Position numbers and translations under genes: made by a program | Part shown: positions 21,861-29,879 of the stretch, piece by piece | Numbering within the stretch: the stretch's first letter is position 1 | Layout of the letters: the number at the start of each line of letters is the position of its first letter | IMG/VR virus record: IMGVR_UViG_3300050194_000011 | Location: 44,113 to 108,112 of that record | DNA length: 64,000 nucleotides | From: a virus | Direction: 5' to 3' (one strand) | The notes under the pieces: generated by a model | Told to the model about the DNA's origin: nothing | Seen by the model: the letters and a program-made list of their open reading frames with translations, nothing else | The model's database searches: none

Positions 21861-22141
21861 GGCTTGTAATTTGGATTTCTAGCTAGATTCGAACGAACCC
21901 ATGAATCTTCATCATTCGCAAGTTTATCCATGTGCTCTTTATGAATAGAAGGATTTCCAGCTAGAAAATAACGAACATCTAAATTTTTATCATTCACTAA
22001 CTTATCAATGTGTTCTTTATGAAGAGATGGATGTCTAGCTATTCTACAACGAACATTTAAATCGTTATCGTTCACAAGTTCATCGTGATGTTCTTTCGAA
22101 CCATACTTTATCAGAAAGTTTATATGTTCGTCTTTGATCAT
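21857..22141 (-). CDS. LRV/HEAT-like 26-aa repeat protein (3 units), inserted between the spanins
   Basis: N-cap MIKDEHINFLIKYGSKEH, units xLVNDxxxxVRxxLAxNPSLHKEHxD, C-cap NPNYKP; ATGA overlaps at both ends. Confidence 0.8.
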   Translation of the reverse strand: MIKDEHINFLIKYGSKEHHDELVNDNDLNVRCRIARHPSLHKEHIDKLVNDKNLDVRYFLAGNPSIHKEHMDKLANDEDSWVRSNLARNPNYKP

Positions 22142-22605
22142 TTGTTTGCTTCTTTAATCATGCTATTCAGCGTATCAAGATATGTATCGGAAAATCTATT
22201 GCAAACTTGGTTTCCATCTTTGTTGAATTCAATCGTAACATTCTTTGATGAATCACGAGGATCTTTGACGATAAAAATCTTTCTAGGAGCTTTGTTCTTC
22301 TCTGACTCATACATAGCAGATAAAGAATCAATCTGAAGATCTTTATCTGCTATATCTTTCTTGATTCCTTCTAAGTTTGCTTTGACATTATTTGATATGT
22401 CATCTAGCTTCTTGTTGTATGCTGCTTGATCGGCTTCGTACTTCTGGATTGTCTTCAGAAGAGGAGCTTGCCAATGATTCTTTGATTGATAGAATCCAAA
22501 GAAGAAAGACGCAACTAGAAGCAAAGCAGCTAGAATTGGCTTCCAGTATTGGAGACACCAAGAGAACATTAATTTACCGATGTTTAAAAGAGTTAGAAAT
22601 GTCAT
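22138..22605 (-). CDS. i-spanin (Rz-like inner-membrane protein)
   Basis: 155 aa; single N-terminal TM (YWKPILAALLLVASFFFGFY) followed by a coiled coil; paired with a downstream lipoprotein. Confidence 0.75.
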   Translation of the reverse strand: MTFLTLLNIGKLMFSWCLQYWKPILAALLLVASFFFGFYQSKNHWQAPLLKTIQKYEADQAAYNKKLDDISNNVKANLEGIKKDIADKDLQIDSLSAMYESEKNKAPRKIFIVKDPRDSSKNVTIEFNKDGNQVCNRFSDTYLDTLNSMIKEANK

Positions 22606-22961
22606 GGCTTGTAATTTGGATGATTTTTGATTCTGTAACGAATATCAGAATATTCATGATTGACTAGCTTATCCATATGTTCTTTATGAAGAGAAGGATT
22701 TCCAGATAGAACATAATGAACATTCGGATTTTCATCATGCACTAACGTATCCATGTGTTCTTTATGAAGATTAGGATTTCCAGATAGATACATACGAACA
22801 TTCCAATTTTTATCATTCGCTAGCTTATCCATGTGTTCTTTATGAAGAGATGGATTTTGAGCTATATTCTCACGAACATATGTATCTTTATCATCGATTA
22901 ACTCATCCATATGTTCTTTCGAACCATATCTTGCTAAGAAATTCTTGTGTTGTTCTTTCAT
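22602..22961 (-). CDS. LRV/HEAT-like repeat protein (4 units)
   Basis: 119 aa; MKEQHKNFLARYGSKEH N-cap, HPNYKP C-cap; ATGA overlaps at both ends. Confidence 0.8.
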   Translation of the reverse strand: MKEQHKNFLARYGSKEHMDELIDDKDTYVRENIAQNPSLHKEHMDKLANDKNWNVRMYLSGNPNLHKEHMDTLVHDENPNVHYVLSGNPSLHKEHMDKLVNHEYSDIRYRIKNHPNYKP

Positions 22962-23161
22962 ACATCTTTTCCTAGATATTTTTGGTTCATTCTATCAAGA
23001 ATATTTTGTTTAGCTTCTTCCAGAACAACGTCTTCCAAATCATGTTTGTCCATAGCAACTTCATGACAAAGTTCTTCATCTTCATTCATTAAAGTCTTTT
23101 GATGTTCCTTGCTTCCATAGTTAGCAAGGAACTTCTTCTTAGCAAATTCCTTGGATATTAT
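22958..23161 (-). pseudogene. Degenerate LRV-family ORF with ATA in place of the start codon (or non-canonical start); not in the ORF track
   Basis: Hand translation (I)ISKEFAKKKFLANYGSKEHQKTLMNEDEELCHEVAMDKHDLEDVVLEEAKQNILDRMNQKYLGKDV*. Upstream stop forms TAATA where a TAATG coupling would be expected; its TGA overlaps ATG 22961. Confidence 0.6.
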
Positions 23162-23970
23162 TAATCCAGAAGATGTGGCTTCTCATCCCATGCTTTATGA
23201 AGACTAGGAGCGAGTCTCGTGAAGTCGTCATTGGAAATTTCTTGATCCTTGGCATCCATGAATTGATGTCCTAGATTCTTTCCGCCAGAAAAATACTGGA
23301 AGACTTTACCTTTCTTCTTATCATGAATAACGTGAAGACCACCTTCTTTGTTATAACGATCGAACATGTTCTTCGAATCATTTGTATAAGCTGTGCACCA
23401 ATCAGTCTTGCCTTTTTCTGAGCCACCGCCGTAGAGTTCTTGCGAAGCCTTCATATCTTTCAATTTGTATATCTTGATATTTTCGTCTTCGTGCTCAAGT
23501 TCTCGACCAGGATGTGGTTCTTCACTCACTGTATGCTTATCTGGATTTTCTTGGTATGGCTCGACAGCATCAGAAAGTTCTTTTACAGAATCATATTGAT
23601 TGATGTCTTTCTTTGGAAGCTTATGCTTGAATTGATCAAACGTTGAAAGTATACCATGAATCTTAGGAGCATCTTCTTGGAAAACAGGCGCATTGCGCGT
23701 CAGTTTACGATGCGATAGCTCATCATCAGACATACCAGAACGATTGTACTGATTTACAATCCAGTTCGTATAAAGTTTCTTCTTTGTTGGATCGCCATTC
23801 TCAGCAAAGTGATCAACGATTGCATCTGAATCTTTGTGATCGGCAAGTTTATCATGTGATGTGTTAATCTTGCCCTTGAATTGAGTCTTCAAGAAATCAA
23901 TACGTCCTTCGATCAAGAGTTGTTCTTGGAGTTCGATGTATTTCAGTGCGATGCTATCTAGTTTTGCCAT
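23161..23970 (-). CDS. Putative capsid-internal protein, WCT-motif (PcfJ-like) domain
   Basis: 269 aa; LLIE|GRIDFLK leader; DPTKKKLYTNWI and TDWCTAY motifs shared with 28415-29824. Confidence 0.55.
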   Translation of the reverse strand: MAKLDSIALKYIELQEQLLIEGRIDFLKTQFKGKINTSHDKLADHKDSDAIVDHFAENGDPTKKKLYTNWIVNQYNRSGMSDDELSHRKLTRNAPVFQEDAPKIHGILSTFDQFKHKLPKKDINQYDSVKELSDAVEPYQENPDKHTVSEEPHPGRELEHEDENIKIYKLKDMKASQELYGGGSEKGKTDWCTAYTNDSKNMFDRYNKEGGLHVIHDKKKGKVFQYFSGGKNLGHQFMDAKDQEISNDDFTRLAPSLHKAWDEKPHLLD

Positions 23971-23983
23971 GGTCTTTCCTATA

Positions 23984-24364
23984 TTAGTGGGATTTGTTAT
24001 TTAATCTTTGATTTTTAATTTTTTGAGCCATATGTTTTACATCAAAAGAAGGACTTTGCGTAGCTTTTTCTATCACATCATCCGGACAATTTGGGTGAAC
24101 AATTACCTGATATTTATCATATGTATAATCTTTATAAGCTTTTCTCAAATGATCTGCCGTGATGTATTTATTTCTTGGTTCTAGCATTCTTCTAGTAATA
24201 TATGTCGAGTCGTCATTCATTAATTTATCTATATGATCGCTAGAAAGATTTGGTCTATTGATCAATTCTGCTCTGACATAGTCGTCTGGATCTTCGATGA
24301 GTTCATTTGCATGATCCTCTGAGCCATATCTAGCCAAGAATTTCTTATGCTCTTCTTTGATCAT
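23984..24364 (-). CDS. Divergent LRV/HEAT-like repeat protein
   Basis: 126 aa; MIKEEHKKFLARYGSEDH N-cap; DPDDYVRAELINRPNLSSDHIDKL unit; ATGA overlap with upstream gene. Confidence 0.7.
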   Translation of the reverse strand: MIKEEHKKFLARYGSEDHANELIEDPDDYVRAELINRPNLSSDHIDKLMNDDSTYITRRMLEPRNKYITADHLRKAYKDYTYDKYQVIVHPNCPDDVIEKATQSPSFDVKHMAQKIKNQRLNNKSH

Positions 24365-24852
24365 TTTGATATCTCTATCTGATGCAACTTCACAGGAAAT
24401 GGAGAGTAAAAAGATGTATCTTTCATCTCAGAGCTTGTCATGTTATATCCAAGCCTCTTTGAAACTTTCTTCGCCAATGGCTCAAAAGCAGCATGAACAT
24501 CTGGAGTTCCAACGATTCTAACTTTGCCTCCTTTATCTACATGATCTTTACCCAGCGCGATTGCAGTAGATACGAATCTAGGATTTGGTTTATGTGCTTC
24601 TGGATTCATTGTTCCTTGCATACCAGAAGCAGGAAGGTGATGTAACTCTAGAGCACCATCATAATGGAAAGCTGCTATCTTATCACCTTCTTCTCCAATA
24701 TCATAAACTTTGACATTCTTTGCGCCTTTTAATTCGGCAGAATGTTTCATCATAAAGCCCATCATATCGTCTTCTCCATCTTTGATAGAATATGGCTTAT
24801 CAAAGACTTCTGCGATGTATTCTTCTAGGAGATGTTCTTTAAAAGTTATCAT
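24361..24852 (-). CDS. Putative capsid-internal protein with capsid-targeting leader
   Basis: 163 aa; MITFKEHLLEEYIAE|VFDKPY resembles T4 IP leaders MKTFKEF/MKTYQEFIAE. Confidence 0.55.
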   Translation of the reverse strand: MITFKEHLLEEYIAEVFDKPYSIKDGEDDMMGFMMKHSAELKGAKNVKVYDIGEEGDKIAAFHYDGALELHHLPASGMQGTMNPEAHKPNPRFVSTAIALGKDHVDKGGKVRIVGTPDVHAAFEPLAKKVSKRLGYNMTSSEMKDTSFYSPFPVKLHQIEISK

Positions 24853-25301
24853 GGCGTGTAGTTTGGGTGCTGTTTAATTTTTATACGAACATCTCGATCT
24901 TGATCATCGGCTAATTTATCCATATGTTCTTTATGAAGATTAGGATTTTCAGCTAGATCCCAACGAACGTATGTATCTTTATCGTTCACTAGCTTATCCA
25001 TGTGTTCTTTATGAAGATTAGGATTACGAGCAATGCAAGACCTAACAATATTATCGTTAGAATCAACTAGCTTATCCATATAAGATTTAGAAAATTTTTG
25101 ATATTCTATCGCTGTATGTCTTACCTCATCATCAACTGTGTTCTTTGGATCATCAAGTAACGTATCTCTGTGATTTTCTTTTAACATGGGATTTTTAGCT
25201 AGATTATTTCTGATATTAATTCTATCATCATTCATCAATTCATCCTGATGATTCCCAGATCCATATCTATCCAAGAATCTTTTATGCTCTTCTTTGATCA
25301 T
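24849..25301 (-). CDS. LRV/HEAT-like repeat protein (5 units)
   Basis: 150 aa; MIKEEHKRFLDRYGS N-cap, HPNYTP C-cap; ATGA overlaps at both ends. Confidence 0.8.
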   Translation of the reverse strand: MIKEEHKRFLDRYGSGNHQDELMNDDRINIRNNLAKNPMLKENHRDTLLDDPKNTVDDEVRHTAIEYQKFSKSYMDKLVDSNDNIVRSCIARNPNLHKEHMDKLVNDKDTYVRWDLAENPNLHKEHMDKLADDQDRDVRIKIKQHPNYTP

Positions 25302-26293
25302 CTCAGAACTTCCGAGTTTGCATTTGACGTGTTCCCACCTGTTACATGGAGTAATCCATCATGTACAATCGAGTGCTGTGTATCTTTATCTTTCGTAGCT
25401 GTGAAAACAGTAGGAGAATGTCTATGAGTAGCATATCCTTCTGACGCCATGTGAATTTCATGCTTAGTTGAAACTTTTTCTGGCTCATCTGCGATTTTGT
25501 ACTTCTTGTATCCATTCCCGCTTTCTGTTCCGATCGCATATGGCTTAGAAGCTTTAGTTGCATCAATAAAATTCTGAACTGTCTTGAAAGGAACTTCATA
25601 TCCTATGTCAGTTTTATTCAGAATTTCCTTATGTTTGCTCGCTTCGTCTGAAGAAAGTTCCTTTTCGAGATTTTGATTAAAGTCAGTAGAGTTGGCTACA
25701 GTCCCATATCCTTTTCTTCCATCTTTTGTGATCGTTACAATGTGATTTCCTGTATCTTGATCATGGAAATGCATCTTGGTTACGGTTGATTTCTGTTCTG
25801 GATTGTATTCGGTAGGATGCGGAACTTCTTCTGATTCTCTTGTTACTTTGAATGGATCTCGATACCCATCAGCATGAGCGTCTTCTAGATATTGACGCAT
25901 ACGACCAGATATATCAGATTTAGATTTGAGTCTTTTCGTTGTTCTGACTCCATTTCTGTTTAATGAACCGTTTTCTCTGAATTTTCCATAATCGCCAAGA
26001 TTATGTAAGATAGATTCGCCAAGCTTTGGATGCATTGCAAGCATAGTAGGATGCCAAGTAACATTAACATCACCATAAGAATTAGTATGAGCAATGGCAA
26101 TTGGCATTCCTGTTTCTTTCTCATGGATTTCATGAAAAGATTCAGTTGCTTTTGTTGGAACTGGATCACTGAGTCGATATCCATACTTTTCTTTATCTGC
26201 AGCATGTCGAGCTTTCAGCGCTGCTAGATTATTCTTAATAAGCTTCCAATCTAGTTCTTCGTTCAGAATTTCTGTAGTTTGATTTGTCATCAT
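25298..26293 (-). CDS. Hypothetical His-rich protein, putative capsid-internal protein
   Basis: 331 aa; TTEILNE|ELDW leader with an L-x-E site; composition like neighbouring internal-protein candidates. Confidence 0.45.
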   Translation of the reverse strand: MMTNQTTEILNEELDWKLIKNNLAALKARHAADKEKYGYRLSDPVPTKATESFHEIHEKETGMPIAIAHTNSYGDVNVTWHPTMLAMHPKLGESILHNLGDYGKFRENGSLNRNGVRTTKRLKSKSDISGRMRQYLEDAHADGYRDPFKVTRESEEVPHPTEYNPEQKSTVTKMHFHDQDTGNHIVTITKDGRKGYGTVANSTDFNQNLEKELSSDEASKHKEILNKTDIGYEVPFKTVQNFIDATKASKPYAIGTESGNGYKKYKIADEPEKVSTKHEIHMASEGYATHRHSPTVFTATKDKDTQHSIVHDGLLHVTGGNTSNANSEVLR

Positions 26294-26299
26294 TATTCC

Positions 26300-28378
26300 T
26301 TATTGCATTTCGACAGCACCGCGATCGATCTGAGTAGCTGTACGAGTTCTATTGAAGAAGTCTGTCGTCGGAATATTAAGTCCAGTTGATATACCACTGT
26401 TTCTAGCTGGACTGGACGTAATCAAGTTAGCATCGATTGATCCAGGCGTTTGATTTACTAACCCAGCTGAACCACAAAGATTTCCATTAACTCCGCAAGA
26501 TGTTCCGCCGCCACGAACGCTTTCTTTGATATTGTATGTTTCGATGAACGTCCAATAGTTACCATCTGGTTCTGGATAGATATCTGCAGATTGTTGATCT
26601 GCACCAGATACAGGACCTACAACAAAAGGATGTCCAATAAGAATATTATTGGTTGCATATAATGTTCCGGCTACTTGTGATCCAGCGCCTGCATATACAA
26701 CAGTGTTTCCTTCGCTTATAATCGTATTGTTAATCAAATAAACAGATTCTCCAGCATGTGCAACACTGACAGCCATCGCATCACCAAGTGCTCTACAGTT
26801 AGTAACATCTTCTGTGAATGATTTGCCATAAAAGAAATTACAATTACCAACAACAATTGAATTCGTTATAACAACATTGCCATTCACTTTCACCTGATTA
26901 CCAGCATTACCCTCGGCTTTCACTCTATTAAGCTTGATGTTGCCTCCAAGATTATGATACAGCAAATCCAATCCATCTGATACGTTGTAACGGAATGTTG
27001 CATCTTCTATTATCCAATCTCCAGCTGTAGCTGCTGCGCCCAATCCATCGCCATACCACGAGTGACAATTCGTGATTGTCTTATCTGGATATGTTTCAAT
27101 ACAACCATTCCATTCAACCATCAATCCAGTGAATTTCATTGTTCCTGTGTTTGATCCATTAGCACTATATCCATCAAATGCATTGGCAGCAAGACGAACA
27201 TTAGTCATTGTGAAATTGTTAATCACATTAGAGCTAATCCCTCCACCAGCTAATCCATGAATATCAAGATCGCGGAACACGATGTTTGATGCGTTTGTTA
27301 TTGATATCCCATCATTAGCCCAGTTTCCTCCGGATACACATGATGCTGCTCCAGGGTGATTGTAGCAATTTCCGTGATCTGTGATTTCAATACAAGCTAA
27401 AGTTATATTGTTTGCGTTTTGCATATTAATCATCATATAAGCAGCGCTAGCTCCCCAAAGAGTTGGCTTCAAATTAGAAGGACATCCAGATGTGTATCCT
27501 TCTCCAACGATACGCGTCGGATGACTGACGTCTGCACCAGATGGAATCGGCTTCATGTAGCAATCGTAACTATACGAAGAATTACATCCATCTGAATACG
27601 CTTGTGATGTTGAATCGATTCCAAGCGCATAATTACCATAATGTATGATAAGCGTGTCTCCTCCGCTTATACGAATAGCGTTATAGCTTCCGATTGGAGG
27701 AATTGCAACGAATGGATGTCCCCAAGCGCAAGCAAGTCCTGTTCCTGTTCCTGGATACGCTGCATTAGCTAAGCCATTACATTGAGTAGAATTTCCTCCA
27801 TCAGGACGAACATGATACGTTGTTCCATATGCAGCATACAAAGGATCGGTCGATACATGTACAGACCAAACTGCGTATGACATGTTACTATCTGGAAAGG
27901 TATTGCTTCTGAGCAAAGCACCAGAAGATATGCCATCAGATGATTCTAATACAGAATTTTTGAATACAGACCCATTGACAAGAGTCGAAGAAAAAGTGCC
28001 ATTAGCTGATGTAGAATATGGTGTTATAATTTTACATAAAGCCGGACTTAAACATCCTGTGACAGAATTCGGAACCGTATCGAATTTCTGAGCAGGAGAA
28101 AAATCAAGAAGTACCGATGTACTCAATGCCTGTGATGCAGATGTGGCATCTGCCAATGATGTAAACGTAAAACTTGTGCAGCGATCAAATAATGTGTTGC
28201 ATCGATCTCTGGCAAAATGTACATCGTACAGAGAGCCAGCGACGTTGACATTACTTGCTCCGACCAATTTTCCGTTGTTCGATACAACCAATTCTAAAGC
28301 AGACGCATTAGAACACGCTCCGATTAGCATAACAGTTGATAAAACAAATTTGTACAATATATTTTTTGTAATTGACAT
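26300..28378 (-). CDS. Secreted parallel beta-helix protein with extra N-terminal domain and choice-of-anchor-Q-like C-terminus
   Basis: Likely start MSITK at 28378 (RBS TAAGGA); signal peptide ...VMLIGACSNASA|LEL; YHVRPDGGNSTQCNGLANAAYPGTG, FRYNVSDGLDLLYH, EGNAGNQVKV, SPARNSG...TDFFNRTR...IDRGAVE. Confidence 0.75.
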   Translation of the reverse strand: MSITKNILYKFVLSTVMLIGACSNASALELVVSNNGKLVGASNVNVAGSLYDVHFARDRCNTLFDRCTSFTFTSLADATSASQALSTSVLLDFSPAQKFDTVPNSVTGCLSPALCKIITPYSTSANGTFSSTLVNGSVFKNSVLESSDGISSGALLRSNTFPDSNMSYAVWSVHVSTDPLYAAYGTTYHVRPDGGNSTQCNGLANAAYPGTGTGLACAWGHPFVAIPPIGSYNAIRISGGDTLIIHYGNYALGIDSTSQAYSDGCNSSYSYDCYMKPIPSGADVSHPTRIVGEGYTSGCPSNLKPTLWGASAAYMMINMQNANNITLACIEITDHGNCYNHPGAASCVSGGNWANDGISITNASNIVFRDLDIHGLAGGGISSNVINNFTMTNVRLAANAFDGYSANGSNTGTMKFTGLMVEWNGCIETYPDKTITNCHSWYGDGLGAAATAGDWIIEDATFRYNVSDGLDLLYHNLGGNIKLNRVKAEGNAGNQVKVNGNVVITNSIVVGNCNFFYGKSFTEDVTNCRALGDAMAVSVAHAGESVYLINNTIISEGNTVVYAGAGSQVAGTLYATNNILIGHPFVVGPVSGADQQSADIYPEPDGNYWTFIETYNIKESVRGGGTSCGVNGNLCGSAGLVNQTPGSIDANLITSSPARNSGISTGLNIPTTDFFNRTRTATQIDRGAVEMQ

Positions 28379-28414
28379 TACATTTTCCTTATGTTTGAGA
28401 TAATTCATATCTAT

Positions 28415-29824
28415 TTATTTGGCTTTCTTATTCTTGATTGCTGCTTCTTGCACAGAAGGATCGATATCGTCTTTGAGTGCTTCTACGTGTTCTTTAGGAG
28501 TATTTGGATTTCCTGCAACATTAGCTCGAACAAAATCATATTTTGATTTAGCAAGTGTAGCAAGATGTTCTTTGGGAGTTGATGGAGATTTAGCCAGAGC
28601 AGCATGCCATGTAGGATGTTCCATCAACTTATCATGAATTTCACGCGGAGCATTAGGATGTAGAATCGCAGCGTTTGTCATTTCTCTGGATTTTGTCTTG
28701 TCAAAAACACTCTTGACAATTTCTGGTTCTGTTTTCTTCTGATTCAGAATTATGCTATCCGCAACTTTTCCTCGAGCATACAATTTAGCTCTGAGATCTT
28801 TGTTTGCATTTGGATGATCATACATCGAATAATCGGTTTCATGTCCTTCATCTGTTATCTTATGAAGAACATCAATCGGACTATGTTTATTCTGAAGTAA
28901 TCCATGTTTATATATCATAATTGACTTGCCATTTGAGAAATCGCCTGGAGCTTTAACATCAGCAAGTTTTCTCAGGTGATCTTTGTTGCTAGATTCTTTA
29001 GCAACTTGATTTAATACTTTATTATGAGCAGCGGCATCCGGATCATGTTGATGAGCATTGTTAACCATATGATCGATTTGATCTGGTGACGTTGTTGCAA
29101 AATGCTTGCCCTGGAATTCTGGTATGCCTTTGATAGCAGGATGATCTCCAACAAATTTATTCATATCAATCGGCTTATCCAGATCATTCATGAATTGACT
29201 AGATTCAAAGTGCATTTGATATTTCTTGTTATCTGCTTTGGTGTTTACAACATAAAGAGGGCCTTGTTTGTTATAATTATCGAAAAGTGCCGAAGAATCA
29301 CCAGCAGTGCACCATTTCGTATTTGCACCATAGAACTTAGCAGCTTCATGAGTCTTGATTTTACGAACAGAAACATCATCGTCATCATGAAGAACTTCGG
29401 ATCCATCATCTTTGATCTGTCTAATTTCTTCTTTCTTCGAAGCAGCAGTTCCAACATGAGGCTGAACAGCATCTTCGACTGAGTTCAGATCAGGATACTT
29501 TCCGATATCTTTCTCATGGAGCTTTGCTTTGTATTTGTCAAAGTTTGACAGAGCGTCGTGGATACGAGCATGATCTTCTTGTCTGAAATCGCCGGCATGA
29601 TATTTGTCGGCAATCCATCCTGTATAAAGTTTCTTCTTGGTTGGATCACCATGCTCGGCGAAATGATCTACAATTGCTCCTGTATCCTTATGTTCGCCGT
29701 ATTCATCATGAGAATGATTTATACCTTTTTCTGTAAATCGTTGCTTCGTGAATTCAATGCGATTTTCTGTCAGGAGTTCTTCATTTAACTCATGGTCTTT
29801 TATAAATTCTTTGAATGATATCAT
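28415..29824 (-). CDS. Putative capsid-internal protein: WCT-motif domain fused to C-terminal LRV/HEAT-like repeats
   Basis: 469 aa; MISFKEFIKDHELNE|ELLTE| leader; paralogue of 23161-23970; C-terminal LAKSPSTPKEHLATLAKSKYDFVRANVAGNPNTPKEHVEAL repeats. Confidence 0.6.
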   Translation of the reverse strand: MISFKEFIKDHELNEELLTENRIEFTKQRFTEKGINHSHDEYGEHKDTGAIVDHFAEHGDPTKKKLYTGWIADKYHAGDFRQEDHARIHDALSNFDKYKAKLHEKDIGKYPDLNSVEDAVQPHVGTAASKKEEIRQIKDDGSEVLHDDDDVSVRKIKTHEAAKFYGANTKWCTAGDSSALFDNYNKQGPLYVVNTKADNKKYQMHFESSQFMNDLDKPIDMNKFVGDHPAIKGIPEFQGKHFATTSPDQIDHMVNNAHQHDPDAAAHNKVLNQVAKESSNKDHLRKLADVKAPGDFSNGKSIMIYKHGLLQNKHSPIDVLHKITDEGHETDYSMYDHPNANKDLRAKLYARGKVADSIILNQKKTEPEIVKSVFDKTKSREMTNAAILHPNAPREIHDKLMEHPTWHAALAKSPSTPKEHLATLAKSKYDFVRANVAGNPNTPKEHVEALKDDIDPSVQEAAIKNKKAK

Positions 29825-29871
29825 TTGCTTTCCGTTCCGTATGTTTTGCCTAGTTTTATATGTTCTTTTGT

Positions 29872-29879
29872 TATTTATG
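29872..29879 (-). promoter_or_regulatory. Putative late promoter (CATAAATA)
   Basis: TAAATA core about 48 nt upstream of ATG 29824. Confidence 0.45.

Noticed and set aside
23161-23185. Programmed -1 frameshift fusing the 269-aa protein to the LRV ORF
   Set aside because: The overlap window has no X-XXY-YYZ slippery heptamer and no evident downstream structure; a mutated TAATG start explains it more simply.
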